Part shown: positions 24,223 through 38,745 of the stretch, piece by piece
Layout: every line of letters begins with the position of its first letter
Numbering within the stretch: the first letter of the stretch is position 1
Assembly (NCBI GenBank): GCA_964478415.1
Contig: CAYZII010000003.1
Span: 468 to 64,467 of the forward strand
From: an uncultured Methyloversatilis sp.
GTDB taxonomy: Bacteria; Pseudomonadota; Gammaproteobacteria; Burkholderiales; Rhodocyclaceae
DNA length: 64,000 nucleotides
Reading direction: 5' to 3'
Notes under the pieces: model-generated
Told to the model about the DNA's origin: nothing
The model's input: only the letters and a program-made list of their open reading frames with translations
The model's database searches: none
Translations under genes and position numbers: made by a program

Positions 24223-24273
24223 GTGCCATGCCATCAGCGCCGAGTTTCGTCCCGTCTCCGCTGCGATGGCATG
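24223..24273 (+). repeat. Dispersed repeat, intergenic hairpin-forming copy
   Basis: GTGCCATGCCATCAGCGCCGAGTTTCG... CATGCCATC (24227-24235) pairs with GATGGCATG (24265-24273). Confidence 0.7.
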
Positions 24274-24553
24274 TCTCCGAGATTCTCTTTGGCTCTGGTT
24301 GAGCGTTATTTGCCTTTTCTCCCCGCGCCGCCCATCGATGGCCGGGCGCACTGAGGGTAAACTCCACACCATGAACGCCAGGCTGCGCATATCCCGTTCC
24401 GCTTCGGGCATCGTCCCCGAAGCTGCCACCGGCTGGCTGCGCTTCGGCGTCATGGCGGTGCCGCAAACCGCTCCACCAGCGATGTTCCTTCCATCCTGAA
24501 ATCTGCTGCCGGCGACTTATGCCGGATTGTCGTCTTATTGGAAGGAGCCTTCT

Positions 24554-25726
24554 ATGACTACGCACACCCTCGAATCCACCCCGGCCGTCGTGCCAGCCTC
24601 CGACCCCGATCCCATTCTTGGCGGCCGCGTCGAGCTGCAATTGCTCACCACGCTGAAGTGCAACCTCAAATGCAGCTATTGTTCGCTCGGCGTCGGCGAC
24701 GTGCTCGGCTCGCAGACCGAAATCGAGTACGACATCGACCAGCTCGCCCGTTTCATCGATACCCATCTGCAAGGCAAGGAAATCTACGTCACCTTCTATG
24801 GTGGTGAGCCGACCCTGAACCGCCGCATGATGGAAGACGTAATGCGGCGCTTCCCAGAATTCCGCTATCAATTGCAGACCAACGGCACGTTGCTCGACGA
24901 CCTGCCGGACTGGGTGCTGGCGAAGCTTTCGAACATCCTCGTCTCGATCGACGGTGGCGAAACGATTACCGACGGCTATCGGGGCCGCGGCATCTGGCGC
25001 CAGGTGATCACCAACCTGCACAAGGTGCACGACAAGGTCGGCGGCACGATCACCGCGCGTGTCACCTGGGGCAACCCTGACACCACCTTCGAGGAACTCG
25101 ACGAACTGGCCACCACGATCGAAGCGATCGACTACGTCTATTGGCAGTTCGTCGCCGACGAGATGTATTTCGGCGATTCGGTCGACAAACGCAAGGCCGT
25201 ACTGGTGAAGCTGATCGACAAGTTCTTCGCCAGTAGCGACACGCTGTATCCGTTCATCCCGATCATGGGCATCGTCAGAAACAAATTGCTGCCCAACCGC
25301 GGCGTCGAGCTCTATGGCGGGCTCACCCAGTGCCGCGTCTCGTCGCATTTGATCAACGTGATGCCCAACGGCCAGATCTACCCCTGCCCGGACATGATGT
25401 ATGCCCACGAGATGCAAATGGGCGAGATCCAAGGCAACTGGCTGAAAAAAAGCCCGCTGCAGCCAACCGCCGAGATGCCGTGCGAGACTTGCGAAGCCTT
25501 TCCCTGGTGTCGGCGCAACTGCATGAAGAACCTCTGGCTCGGTTACGTGAAGAAAGACGGGCGCTACCGCCAGAACGTCGTCGAGCCGATCTGCGAACTG
25601 ATCCGCTTCATGGGTCGTGAGATCGACCGGCACGATCCGCACGGCTGGTTCGCACGCCTGCCCCTGCCGGTGAGGAAACGGCTCGTCGACAACGAGGTCT
25701 ACGAATATGTCGAGATCATGCCCTGA
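24554..25726 (+). CDS. Radical SAM protein with C-terminal SPASM domain
   Basis: CNLKCSYC (Cx3Cx2C), FYGGEPTLN, SPASM CETCEAFPWCRRNC (Cx2Cx5Cx3C). ATG 24554 is preceded by GGAAGGAG. Confidence 0.85.
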   Translation: MTTHTLESTPAVVPASDPDPILGGRVELQLLTTLKCNLKCSYCSLGVGDVLGSQTEIEYDIDQLARFIDTHLQGKEIYVTFYGGEPTLNRRMMEDVMRRFPEFRYQLQTNGTLLDDLPDWVLAKLSNILVSIDGGETITDGYRGRGIWRQVITNLHKVHDKVGGTITARVTWGNPDTTFEELDELATTIEAIDYVYWQFVADEMYFGDSVDKRKAVLVKLIDKFFASSDTLYPFIPIMGIVRNKLLPNRGVELYGGLTQCRVSSHLINVMPNGQIYPCPDMMYAHEMQMGEIQGNWLKKSPLQPTAEMPCETCEAFPWCRRNCMKNLWLGYVKKDGRYRQNVVEPICELIRFMGREIDRHDPHGWFARLPLPVRKRLVDNEVYEYVEIMP

Positions 25727-26480
25727 AGACAGCGCTGCCTTGCCGAGCGCAGGCGCAGACGCACCGGAACTGACCGACGCCGACATCCTCGATGCGATGC
25801 GGCATGTCCCGGGCTACATCGATATCAGCACCGAGGATTTCCGCACCATCTATCAACTCGCCTGGCAACATGCGCGGACCCGGGTAGGCAGCACCGTGGC
25901 TGAGCGCACCGGGCCGGTGGGCAGGCGCGGTTACTGGCACAAATGGCGTGGAGTGAAGACGGGCGCACCGCCGCGTATCGATGGCGAGGAAATATTCTGG
26001 TCATGGCTCGGTGCATTGTTGGCCATCGGCCTGTTGGCCTGGCTGGGCCAACGTTTCTTGATCCCGCATGGGCTGACACTGTTGATCGCCCCCTTCGGAG
26101 CATCCGCGGTACTGTTGTTTGGCGCCCCCCGCAGTCAGCTGGCCCAGCCGCGCAATCTGCTCGGTGGCCACGCCTTCTCGGCGCTGATGGGCGTCTTGTC
26201 CTGGAAGCTCTGTGCTGCACTGCCGGGTCTGTCTGCGCCGGGTCTGGCAGAGGCGTTGTCGGTAGCGACGGCGCTCGCAGTAATGCACCTGACGCGCACC
26301 CTGCATCCCCCGGGCGGTGCGACAGCCCTGACTGCCGTCATCGGCGGGGCGCAGATCCATGCGCTGGGTTTCTCCTACGTCTTCATCCCGGTCACTCTTG
26401 GAGCGCTGATCCTGCTCGCCGTCGGCCTGGTATTCAACAATCTGCCGCGCTCACGACGCTATCCGGAGTTCTGGTTCTGA
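25707..26480 (+). CDS. HPP-family membrane protein with about 90-aa soluble N-terminal extension
   Basis: Literal HPPGGATALTAV motif and 4-5 TM segments. 20-nt overlap with the radical SAM gene. Confidence 0.8.
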   Translation: MSRSCPEDSAALPSAGADAPELTDADILDAMRHVPGYIDISTEDFRTIYQLAWQHARTRVGSTVAERTGPVGRRGYWHKWRGVKTGAPPRIDGEEIFWSWLGALLAIGLLAWLGQRFLIPHGLTLLIAPFGASAVLLFGAPRSQLAQPRNLLGGHAFSALMGVLSWKLCAALPGLSAPGLAEALSVATALAVMHLTRTLHPPGGATALTAVIGGAQIHALGFSYVFIPVTLGALILLAVGLVFNNLPRSRRYPEFWF

Positions 26481-26652
26481 TCCCTTTCAGCGATGCTCCT
26501 TGCATGCCTCCGGACTGGCGTTGCGCAGGCCGGGAAGCCGCCCCTTGCCTCTGTTTGGTTGCCGCCGCTGCGCTTGACCTTTGCTTCGCCCGTGCCGGCC
26601 TGCACCGCAACGGGTGTGCCCCATTGTCACGGGAAGGGTCGCACGCCGGTTT

Positions 26653-27090
26653 TCAGGGTTTCTTCCCGGGCCGATAAGGACAGTCTTCCCTGAGACAATC
26701 ACAATAGAGGTAAAGCGCGTGTTCGACGATGCGGAAGCCACGCTCCTTGGCCACCTTGTTCTGTCGGCGCTCGATTTCCGGATCGATGAACTCCTCGACA
26801 TGGCCGCATTGGCGGCAGACCAGATGATCGTGGTGCTTACCATCCTTGAGTTCGAACACCGACTTGCCGGATTCGAAATGATGCCGTTCGAGCAGCCCCG
26901 CCTGCTCGAACTGGGTCAGCACACGATACACGGTGGCCAGCCCGATATCGACCTTTTCGGCCAGCAACAGCCGATAGACGTCTTCAGCGGAAAGATGGCG
27001 CTCGGTCGACCTGCGGAACAGATCGAGGATCGTCATGCGTGGCACGGTTGCTTTGAGGCCGATGTTTTGCAGTTCTGCGCGGTCGGTCAT
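26653..27090 (-). CDS. fur: Ferric uptake regulator family protein
   Basis: 145 aa from ATG 27090. [16 protein letters not shown] and a winged-helix N-terminal domain. Divergent from bamE, a common arrangement. Confidence 0.9.
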   Translation of the reverse strand: MTDRAELQNIGLKATVPRMTILDLFRRSTERHLSAEDVYRLLLAEKVDIGLATVYRVLTQFEQAGLLERHHFESGKSVFELKDGKHHDHLVCRQCGHVEEFIDPEIERRQNKVAKERGFRIVEHALYLYCDCLREDCPYRPGKKP

Positions 27091-27159
27091 GGAGGGTCGA
27101 TTCGCGATCGGGTGGATGGTCGTATGATATAGCTTTGGCCCGTTTGCATACATTTTCCC

Positions 27160-28328
<1,169 letters not shown>

Positions 28329-28445
28329 GACCACCCTCGCGCCGAGGCAGCGCGAACCGGCAACTTCGGCTAAAATGGCGCAGTTTTGCCAACGCCCTGG
28401 TTTTGCAGGGTTGTTGCGCCGCATCAGTCACCCAGGAGCCCGATT

Positions 28446-29568
28446 TTGACTTCATTCCCGCCTGCATTGCTCGCACTCGCCGACGGGACGGTATTTCGGG
28501 GCAAGGGCATCGGCGCCGAAGGCAGCAGCGTCGGTGAAGTGGTCTTCAATACCGCGATGACTGGCTATCAGGAGATTCTCACCGATCCCTCCTACACGCG
28601 CCAGATCGTCACCCTCACCTACCCGCACATCGGCAACACCGGCATCAATCGCGAAGACGTTGAATCCGGCCGCATCTATGCCGCCGGCCTGGTGATTCGC
28701 AACCTGCCGCCGCTCCCCTCGAATTTCCGCTCCGAACAAACGCTCAGCGCCTATCTGCAGAATGAAAACGTCGTCGCCATCGCCGACATCGACACCCGTA
28801 AGCTCACCCGCATCCTGCGCGAGAAAGGCGCGCAGGCAGGCTGTCTGATGTGCGGCGGTAGCCTCGACGCCGACGAGGCGATCGAGAAGGCACGCGCTTT
28901 CCCTGGGCTGGCGGGCATGGACCTCGCGAAGGTTGTATCGACCCGCCAACCTTATCCGTGGTCCGAGGGGGAATGGAAACTCGGCGTTGGCTATACGGCA
29001 CCCGCACAAGACAAATTTCATGTCGTCGCCTACGATTTCGGTGTCAAACGCAACATCCTGCGCATGCTCGCCAGCCGCGGCTGCCGACTCACCGTGGTGC
29101 CGGCGCAAACGCCGGCGCGTGATGTGCTGGCGATGAATCCGGATGGGGTGTTATTCTCGAACGGTCCCGGCGATCCGGAACCCTGCGACTATGCGATTGC
29201 CGCAATCCGCGAGCTGCTCGACGAGAAGCTTCCCGCCTTTGGCATTTGTCTCGGCCATCAGCTGATGGGCCTGGCTGCCGGCGCCAGGACGCTGAAAATG
29301 AAATTCGGCCATCATGGCGCGAACCATCCGGTCAAGGACCTCGATACCGGCCAGGTGCTGATCACCAGTCAGAACCACGGCTTCGCGGTCGATCCTGCCA
29401 CCCTGCCTGCCAATGTGCGCGTCACCCATGTCTCGCTGTTCGATGGCTCCTTGCAAGGCATGGCCTGGAATGACCGTCCGGCGTTGTGTTTCCAGGGTCA
29501 CCCCGAGGCGAGCCCCGGCCCCCATGACGTCGCCTATCTGTTCGATCGTTTCATCGGGATGATGAAAG

Positions 29569-29585
<17 letters not shown>
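28446..29585 (+). CDS. carA: Carbamoyl-phosphate synthase small subunit
   Basis: TTG 28446 is preceded by AGGAG. N-terminus (M)[18 protein letters not shown]. GATase motif GICLGHQ. Confidence 0.9.
28975..29002 (-). repeat. Dispersed repeat core, reverse orientation, inside carA linker
   Basis: Reverse complement GGTGCCGTATAGCCAACGCCGAGTTTCC. Confidence 0.65.
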
Positions 29586-32792
<3,207 letters not shown>

Positions 32793-32796
<4 letters not shown>

Positions 32797-33269
32797 ACAA
32801 GATTCCTCTTACTCTGAATGGCGCTAAACAGCTCAAGGAAGAGCTGCACCGTCTGAAAACTGTCGAACGTCCGGCGGTGATCGCCGCGATCGCCGAGGCG
32901 CGCTCGCACGGCGATCTGTCGGAAAACGCCGAATACGACGCCGCCAAAGAGCGTCAGGGATTCATCGAGGGCCGCATCGCCGAGATCGAAGCCAAACTCG
33001 CCAATGCGCAGATCATCGACCCGAAAGCACTCGATGCCGACGGTCGTGTGGTGTTCGGCGCCACCGTCGAAATCGAAGACATTGAGGCTGGGCAGACGGT
33101 CACCTACCAGATCGTCGGAGACGACGAGGCGGATCTGAAGCGGAACAAGATCTCGCTCAATTCGCCAGTTGGGCGCGCGCTGATCGGCAAGTTCGCCGGC
33201 GATGTCGTCGAGGTGCGCACGCCAGGAGGATTGCGGGAATACGAAATCCTCGATGTGCGCTACGAGTAA
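32793..33269 (+). CDS. greA: Transcription elongation factor GreA
   Basis: 158 aa. [19 protein letters not shown]...[20 protein letters not shown]. Confidence 0.95.
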
Positions 33270-33297
33270 GGGATTTTCCCGGCCAGCCTGACGAAGT

Positions 33298-33930
33298 TCA
33301 GGACTGCTTGCCGTAATCCTTGAACTTTTCGATTACGCGCGCCATTTCCTCGGCAGGCAGGAGCTTCGGCGTACCCAGTTGCAGCACGCGCCAGTACTGT
33401 TCGCACAGCGTTTCTAATTCGATGGCGAGCGCGAGCGTCTCGGCCAGATCGCTGCCGAACACTACCATGCCATGATGCGCCATCAGACAGGCGCGGCGGC
33501 CTGCCAACGCGGCGAGAATCGCATCGGAAAGTGCCTGCGTGCCGAAGGTGGCATAAGTGGCACAACGCACCGTATCTCCGCCGAAGCGTGCGATCATGTA
33601 ATGGAAAGGTGGAATCTCGAGCTCCTGACAGGCGAGCGCGGTGGCAAACGGCGAGTGGGCATGCAAGATCGCACCCGCCTCAGCGCGCGCGGCATAGATG
33701 TCACGATGGAAACGCCATTCTGACGAAGGCTTGCGCCGGCCTTGCGCCTCGCCCGTCAAGGAGACCTTGACGATGTCCGCCGGCTCGCAGGTGTCATAAG
33801 CCATGCCGGTCGGCGTGATCAGGAACCCCTCTTCACAGCGCACGCTGACATTGCCGGCCGCGCCGCGATTGATCCCGGAAGCATTCATCGCCCGGGCGGT
33901 GGCCAGCACTGTGGCAGCCAGATCGCTCAT
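33298..33930 (-). CDS. Class II aldolase/adducin-family protein (fuculose-1-P aldolase-like)
   Basis: 210 aa. GNVSVR, ILHAHSPFATALA, MAHHGMVVFG. 4-nt overlap with the upstream mtnA-like gene. Confidence 0.8.
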   Translation of the reverse strand: MSDLAATVLATARAMNASGINRGAAGNVSVRCEEGFLITPTGMAYDTCEPADIVKVSLTGEAQGRRKPSSEWRFHRDIYAARAEAGAILHAHSPFATALACQELEIPPFHYMIARFGGDTVRCATYATFGTQALSDAILAALAGRRACLMAHHGMVVFGSDLAETLALAIELETLCEQYWRVLQLGTPKLLPAEEMARVIEKFKDYGKQS

Positions 33931-34898
33931 GGGGCCAGCCGCGTGAGCTCGGCAGGCCCGATCCGGCCCTGCTCGGTGATGAATTCCGTGATCAACGCCG
34001 CCGGCGTGATGTCGAAGGCAGGATTGGCGACCGGTGTGTGCAGCGCGCCGAACTCCTCGGCGGCACGCTCCTCGATCGGAATCCCCGCCCCAGTCGGACA
34101 GGCGAAGTCGACCGTCGACAATGGCGCAGCGACATAGAACGGCACCTGGTGAGCCTGCGCCGCGAGCGCCTTCAGATAGGTGCCGATCTTGTTCGCCGTG
34201 TCGCCATTGACGGCGATGCGGTCGGCGCCGACGATCACGACATCCACCCTGCCCTGCATCATCAACAGGCCGGCAGCATTGTCGGCGATGAAGGTGTGCG
34301 CCACCCTGGCTTGGGCAAGTTCCCAGGCGGTGAGCCGCCCCTGGTTGCGGGGCCGCGTTTCCGACACCCAGACATGCACGTCGATGCCTGCCGCATGAGC
34401 GGCATAGACAGGTGCCAGCGCCGTGCCATGGGCGACGGTGGCGAGCCAGCCGGCATTGCAGTGCGTCATCACCGCCACCCGCCCTTTGCGCTGCGCAATG
34501 GCTTCAAGGATCGGCAAACCGTGGCGGCCGATCGCGGCATTCGCCTCGGCATCTTCGCGGGCAATCGCGCGTGCCTCCTCCCAGGCATCACGGCCTGCGG
34601 CCACAGCCTTTTTCATCCGCTGCAGCGCCCAGTGCAGATTCACGGCGGTTGGCCGTGTCGCCGCCAGTGTGGCAAGGATCTCGTCGAGCGGTTTGCTTTC
34701 GGCGAGGCCGAGCGCGACTCCATAGGCCGCCGTGGCACCGATCAGCGGTGCGCCGCGCACCTGCATCGCGCGGATCGCATGCGCCGCGCCGGCCAGATCC
34801 TTAAGCCGCACGAAGACCGTCTCCTGCGGCAAGCGCGTCTGATCGAGGATGACGACGCTACCATCCTTCTCCTGGATCGGACAGAGCGCGTAGTTCAC
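33927..34898 (-). CDS. mtnA: S-methyl-5-thioribose-1-phosphate isomerase family (eIF-2B-like)
   Basis: 323 aa. VILDQTRLP, RGAPLIGATAAYG, VIVGADRIAVNGDTANKIGT. Confidence 0.8.
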   Translation of the reverse strand: MNYALCPIQEKDGSVVILDQTRLPQETVFVRLKDLAGAAHAIRAMQVRGAPLIGATAAYGVALGLAESKPLDEILATLAATRPTAVNLHWALQRMKKAVAAGRDAWEEARAIAREDAEANAAIGRHGLPILEAIAQRKGRVAVMTHCNAGWLATVAHGTALAPVYAAHAAGIDVHVWVSETRPRNQGRLTAWELAQARVAHTFIADNAAGLLMMQGRVDVVIVGADRIAVNGDTANKIGTYLKALAAQAHQVPFYVAAPLSTVDFACPTGAGIPIEERAAEEFGALHTPVANPAFDITPAALITEFITEQGRIGPAELTRLAP

Positions 34899-34901
34899 GA
34901 T

Positions 34902-37634
34902 TCAGCTCAGTTTGCCGTGGCAGTGCTTGTATTTCTTGCCGGAACCGCAGGGACAGGGATCGTTCCTGCCAATCTTGGGCATCGTGCGCTCCTGCGGCAG
35001 CGGTTTCTTTTCACCCTTAGCGGCGCTGGCCAGCGCTTCGTCATAGTCGGCATGATGGTATTGCACGTTGTCGACCTGTGGATGCGCCTGCTCGGCCTCC
35101 TGCATCTGTGTCTCGCTGCGTATCTCGACCGTCATCAACAGGCGGGTGACCTCGTTGCGCACCGTGGTCAACAAGGCCTCGAACAGTTCGAAGGCCTCGC
35201 GCTTGTATTCCTGTTTCGGATTCTTCTGCGCATAGCCGCGCAGATGGATGCCCTGGCGCAAATGATCGAGCGCGGCCAGGTGCTCGCGCCAATGGTTGTC
35301 GAGACTCTGCAGCATCACGCTGCGCTCGAAACTTTGCCAGGCGGCGAGATCGACCTTGGCCACTTTCTCCGCATAGGCGGCATCGGCGGCAGCGAGGATG
35401 CGCTGGAGCAAATCGTCGTCGCCGAGTTTCGGCTCGTCCTTGACCCACTGGACGATTGGCAGCTTGAGGGCCAACTCGCCCGCCAGCGCCGTCTCCAAGC
35501 CGGGAAGGTTCCATTGCTCTTCGACGCTGTCGGCCGGCACGAACTCCCGGAACAGGTCGTGAATCACGCCCTGGCGCATCGCACTGATGGTATCGGAGAT
35601 GTCGTGAGCATCGAGTAGTTCGTTGCGCTGCTGGTAGATCACCTTGCGCTGATCATTGGCGACGTCGTCATACTCGAGCAGCTGCTTGCGGATGTCGAAA
35701 TTGCGTTGTTCCACCTTGCGTTGCGCCGATTCGATCGAGCGCGTCACCAGCGGGTGTTCGATCGGCTCGCCCTCGGGAATCTTCAGCCGCACCATGATGG
35801 CATTCAGGCGGTCGCCGGCGAAGATCTTCAGCAGCGGGTCTTCGAGGGACAGATAAAAGCGTGACGAACCGGGATCGCCCTGCCGCCCGGCGCGACCACG
35901 CAACTGGTTGTCAATACGGCGCGATTCGTGTCGCTCGGAGCCGATGATATGCAATCCGCCGGCGGCGATCACCTGGTCGTGCAAAGCCTGCCATTCGTTC
36001 CGCAGTGCGGTGATCTTGGCTTCCTTCTCCTCGGGCGAAAGCTTGGCATCGGCACGGATCATTTCGATCTGCTTTTCGACATTGCCACCGAGCACGATGT
36101 CGGTGCCGCGACCAGCCATGTTGGTGGCGATCGTGATCATGCCGGGACTCCCTGCCTGGGCGACGATCTCGGCCTCGCGCGCATGCTGCTTGGCATTCAG
36201 CACCTGATGGGGCAAGCCTGCCTTGCTAAGCAGCTTGGAGAGGAGCTCGGAATTCTCGATCGAGGTGGTGCCAACCAGCACGGGCTGGCCGCGACGATGA
36301 CAGTCCTGGATGTCGGCCAGGATGGCCTGGTATTTCTCATTTGCGGTGCGATAGATCTGGTCGTTGAGATCTTTGCGGATCATCGGTTTGTTGGTCGGGA
36401 TGACCACCGTCTCCAGGCCGTAGATTTGCTGAAATTCATAAGCCTCCGTATCCGCCGTGCCGGTCATGCCGGCGAGCTTCTCGTAGAGGCGGAAATAGTT
36501 CTGGAAGGTGATCGAGGCCAGCGTCTGGTTCTCGGACTGGATCGGCACGCCTTCCTTCGCCTCGACGGCCTGGTGCAGGCCATCGGACCAGCGCCGGCCG
36601 ATCATCAGGCGGCCGGTGAATTCATCGACGATGATCACCTCACCGTTCTGCACCACGTAATGCTGATCGCGATGGAACAGGTGATGGGCGCGTAGCGCGG
36701 CATAGAGGTGATGAATCAGCAGGATGTTGTGCGGATCGTAGAGACTGCTGCCCTCCGGCAGCAGACCGAGCTCGACGAGGATGCGTTCGGCCTTTTCGTG
36801 CCCCTGTTCGGTGAGCAACACGGAGTGGTTCTTCAAATCGACGATGAAGTCGCCGGTATCTTTTTCTTCGGGGCTCTGGGCCGCAACCCCCTTGTCCAGC
36901 AGCGGCGGCACGGCGTTCATTTTGATGTAGAGATCGGTATGCTGCTCGGCCTGGCCGGAGATGATCAACGGCGTCCTGGCCTCGTCGATCAGGATCGAAT
37001 CCACCTCGTCGACGATCGCGTAGTGAAGTCCACGCTGCACACGGTCACTCGCGGCATAGACCATGTTGTCGCGCAGGTAGTCGAAGCCGAATTCGTTGTT
37101 GGTGCCATAGGTGATGTCGGCAGCATAGGCAGCCTGCTTCTCGGCGTGGCTCATCTGTGGCAGGTTGCAGCCGACCGTCAGGCCAAGGAAGTGATAGACC
37201 TTGCCCATCCATGCCGCGTCGCGGCTGGCCAGATAGTCATTGACAGTGACGACGTGCACCCCCTTGCCGGTCAGTGCGTTCAGATAGGCCGGCAAAGTGG
37301 CCACCAGGGTCTTGCCCTCGCCGGTGCGCATCTCGGCGATCTTGTTGTCGTTAAGCACCATGCCACCGATCAGCTGCACATCGAAGTGCCGCATGCCAAG
37401 CACGCGCCGTGCCGCTTCGCGCACCACGGCGAAGGCTTCGGGCAACAGGCTCTCGAGCGTCTCGCCATTCGCCAGGCGTGCTTTGAAGGCAGGGGTCTGG
37501 GCGGCCAGTTCCTCGTCGCTCATCGCCTGCATGCGCGGTTCCAGCGCATTGATGGCCTTGACGACGACGGAATACTGCTTCAGCAGCCTGTCATTGCGGC
37601 TGCCGAAAATCTTTTTCAGAAAACCGGAAATCAT
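34902..37634 (-). CDS. secA: Preprotein translocase ATPase SecA
   Basis: 910 aa. MRTGEGKT Walker A. C-terminal zinc motif [14 protein letters not shown]. Confidence 0.97.
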   Translation of the reverse strand: MISGFLKKIFGSRNDRLLKQYSVVVKAINALEPRMQAMSDEELAAQTPAFKARLANGETLESLLPEAFAVVREAARRVLGMRHFDVQLIGGMVLNDNKIAEMRTGEGKTLVATLPAYLNALTGKGVHVVTVNDYLASRDAAWMGKVYHFLGLTVGCNLPQMSHAEKQAAYAADITYGTNNEFGFDYLRDNMVYAASDRVQRGLHYAIVDEVDSILIDEARTPLIISGQAEQHTDLYIKMNAVPPLLDKGVAAQSPEEKDTGDFIVDLKNHSVLLTEQGHEKAERILVELGLLPEGSSLYDPHNILLIHHLYAALRAHHLFHRDQHYVVQNGEVIIVDEFTGRLMIGRRWSDGLHQAVEAKEGVPIQSENQTLASITFQNYFRLYEKLAGMTGTADTEAYEFQQIYGLETVVIPTNKPMIRKDLNDQIYRTANEKYQAILADIQDCHRRGQPVLVGTTSIENSELLSKLLSKAGLPHQVLNAKQHAREAEIVAQAGSPGMITIATNMAGRGTDIVLGGNVEKQIEMIRADAKLSPEEKEAKITALRNEWQALHDQVIAAGGLHIIGSERHESRRIDNQLRGRAGRQGDPGSSRFYLSLEDPLLKIFAGDRLNAIMVRLKIPEGEPIEHPLVTRSIESAQRKVEQRNFDIRKQLLEYDDVANDQRKVIYQQRNELLDAHDISDTISAMRQGVIHDLFREFVPADSVEEQWNLPGLETALAGELALKLPIVQWVKDEPKLGDDDLLQRILAAADAAYAEKVAKVDLAAWQSFERSVMLQSLDNHWREHLAALDHLRQGIHLRGYAQKNPKQEYKREAFELFEALLTTVRNEVTRLLMTVEIRSETQMQEAEQAHPQVDNVQYHHADYDEALASAAKGEKKPLPQERTMPKIGRNDPCPCGSGKKYKHCHGKLS

Positions 37635-37731
37635 CGGATCGCGCCTTGAAATGCGGGAAGCCGCCGTGCGCCAGGCGCTGCGGCAGCGAAGTATGGAATC
37701 TTACCACGCGGGGGCTGGCGCGCTCCGGCCG

Positions 37732-38670
37732 TCAGCGGCGCGCGAGCTTGCTTTCGCTTCTACCGAGGAAACGTTCGGGGTTCTGCGCTACCCCTTTCAG
37801 GCGCACCTCGAAATGCAGATGGGGACCGGTGCTGCGCCCAGTCGAGCCAACCGTGGCGATCTGCTGGCCGCGCTGCACAAATTCGCCGGGTTTGACAAGC
37901 ACGGTGGCGGCATGGGCATAGCGGGTGACGAGTTCGTCCCCATGATCGATCTCCACGACATTGCCATACTCCGGATGACGTTCGGCACTCAGCACGATAC
38001 CCGGGGCGGCGGTCAGGATCGGGGTGCCGGGCGGCGCGGTAAAATCGATGCCTTCGTGCAGCGCCATCTGACCGGTAAAGGGATCAGTGCGCCAGCCGAA
38101 GCCCGAGGCACGCACACCATCGGGCACGGGATTTGCCGAGAAAAGCAGGCTGCTACGGAGACGCTCTTCGAGGATGCGGTTTTCCAGGCTCGCCAAAACC
38201 TCGCTCTTCGCCTCGACCTGCCGCGTCAGATCGTCGAGGGCGCGTTGCAAGGCTTGTTCATCCAGCTTGTCCGGCGCCACCAGCGGCCCCCCACGGGCTA
38301 TGCCGCTGACCAGCGGCACCGGCTTGAGTTCCTTGATCTTGACGCCGGCGAGTCCAGCCAGACGTTCGCCCAGGGAGTCGAGTTCCAGGAGTTGCGCCTG
38401 CATCTGGCCCAGCCGGGTGGCCATATTGACAAGGTTCTCGCGCACCATGTCGCGCGTCTTCGCGGCCTCTTCGAGGCTGATGCTGCGCAGCGTTTCTTCC
38501 AGGAATGACAGACGCATCGAGGCGGCATGGCGCAGGGTCAGAAAGGAAAACGTCGCTGAGAGCGTCACGACCATGACGATCAAGGCAGTTGCGGCTAGAA
38601 GCAGATGACGCCCGGTCAACGTGATGCTGCGGGCAGTCGCCATGCGATCGGAGACGAGAATTATCTGCAC
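37732..38670 (-). CDS. M23-family metallopeptidase with N-terminal TM/coiled-coil region
   Basis: 312 aa. HEGIDF, GSTGRSTGPHLHFEV. Confidence 0.85.
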   Translation of the reverse strand: MQIILVSDRMATARSITLTGRHLLLAATALIVMVVTLSATFSFLTLRHAASMRLSFLEETLRSISLEEAAKTRDMVRENLVNMATRLGQMQAQLLELDSLGERLAGLAGVKIKELKPVPLVSGIARGGPLVAPDKLDEQALQRALDDLTRQVEAKSEVLASLENRILEERLRSSLLFSANPVPDGVRASGFGWRTDPFTGQMALHEGIDFTAPPGTPILTAAPGIVLSAERHPEYGNVVEIDHGDELVTRYAHAATVLVKPGEFVQRGQQIATVGSTGRSTGPHLHFEVRLKGVAQNPERFLGRSESKLARR

Positions 38671-38745
38671 GCGTATACTCCCTCATTGATCCGACTAACC
38701 AGATGCGCCGACTCGACGCTTCACCAGGAAACCCGCACGCGCCAA

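Noticed and set aside
24213-24302. 29-aa ORF MFSSAMPSAPSFVPSPLRWHVSEILFGSG upstream of the radical SAM gene, considered as a precursor peptide
   Set aside because: It is largely the translation of the dispersed repeat copy; AMPSAPSF mirrors CAMPPAPSS in menE. The Shine-Dalgarno spacing is only 3 nt. It is more likely a by-product of the repeat.
24092-25786. 564-aa ORF on the minus strand
   Set aside because: It is antisense to the radical SAM/SPASM gene, whose cysteine motifs are unambiguous. The translation is low-complexity with no recognisable motifs. Long antisense ORFs are expected at this GC content.
28329-28445. Small hairpins upstream of carA (GCCGAGG...CTTCGGC, CCCTG-N5-CAGGG), considered as an attenuator
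   Set aside because: The stems are short and imperfect, with no following T-run and no recognisable leader peptide.
35486-35505. Exact 12-13-nt core fragments (CCCGCCAGCGCCG in secA; also near 60241 in hybO, 34411 in mtnA, 23393 in norD, 46250 in degP-like, 39178 in the DUF721 gene)
   Set aside because: They lack both flanking blocks of the motif. GC-rich Ala/Leu/Gly codon runs can generate such fragments; my rough estimate is about one chance 10-mer hit per window. They are noted only as possible degenerate copies.
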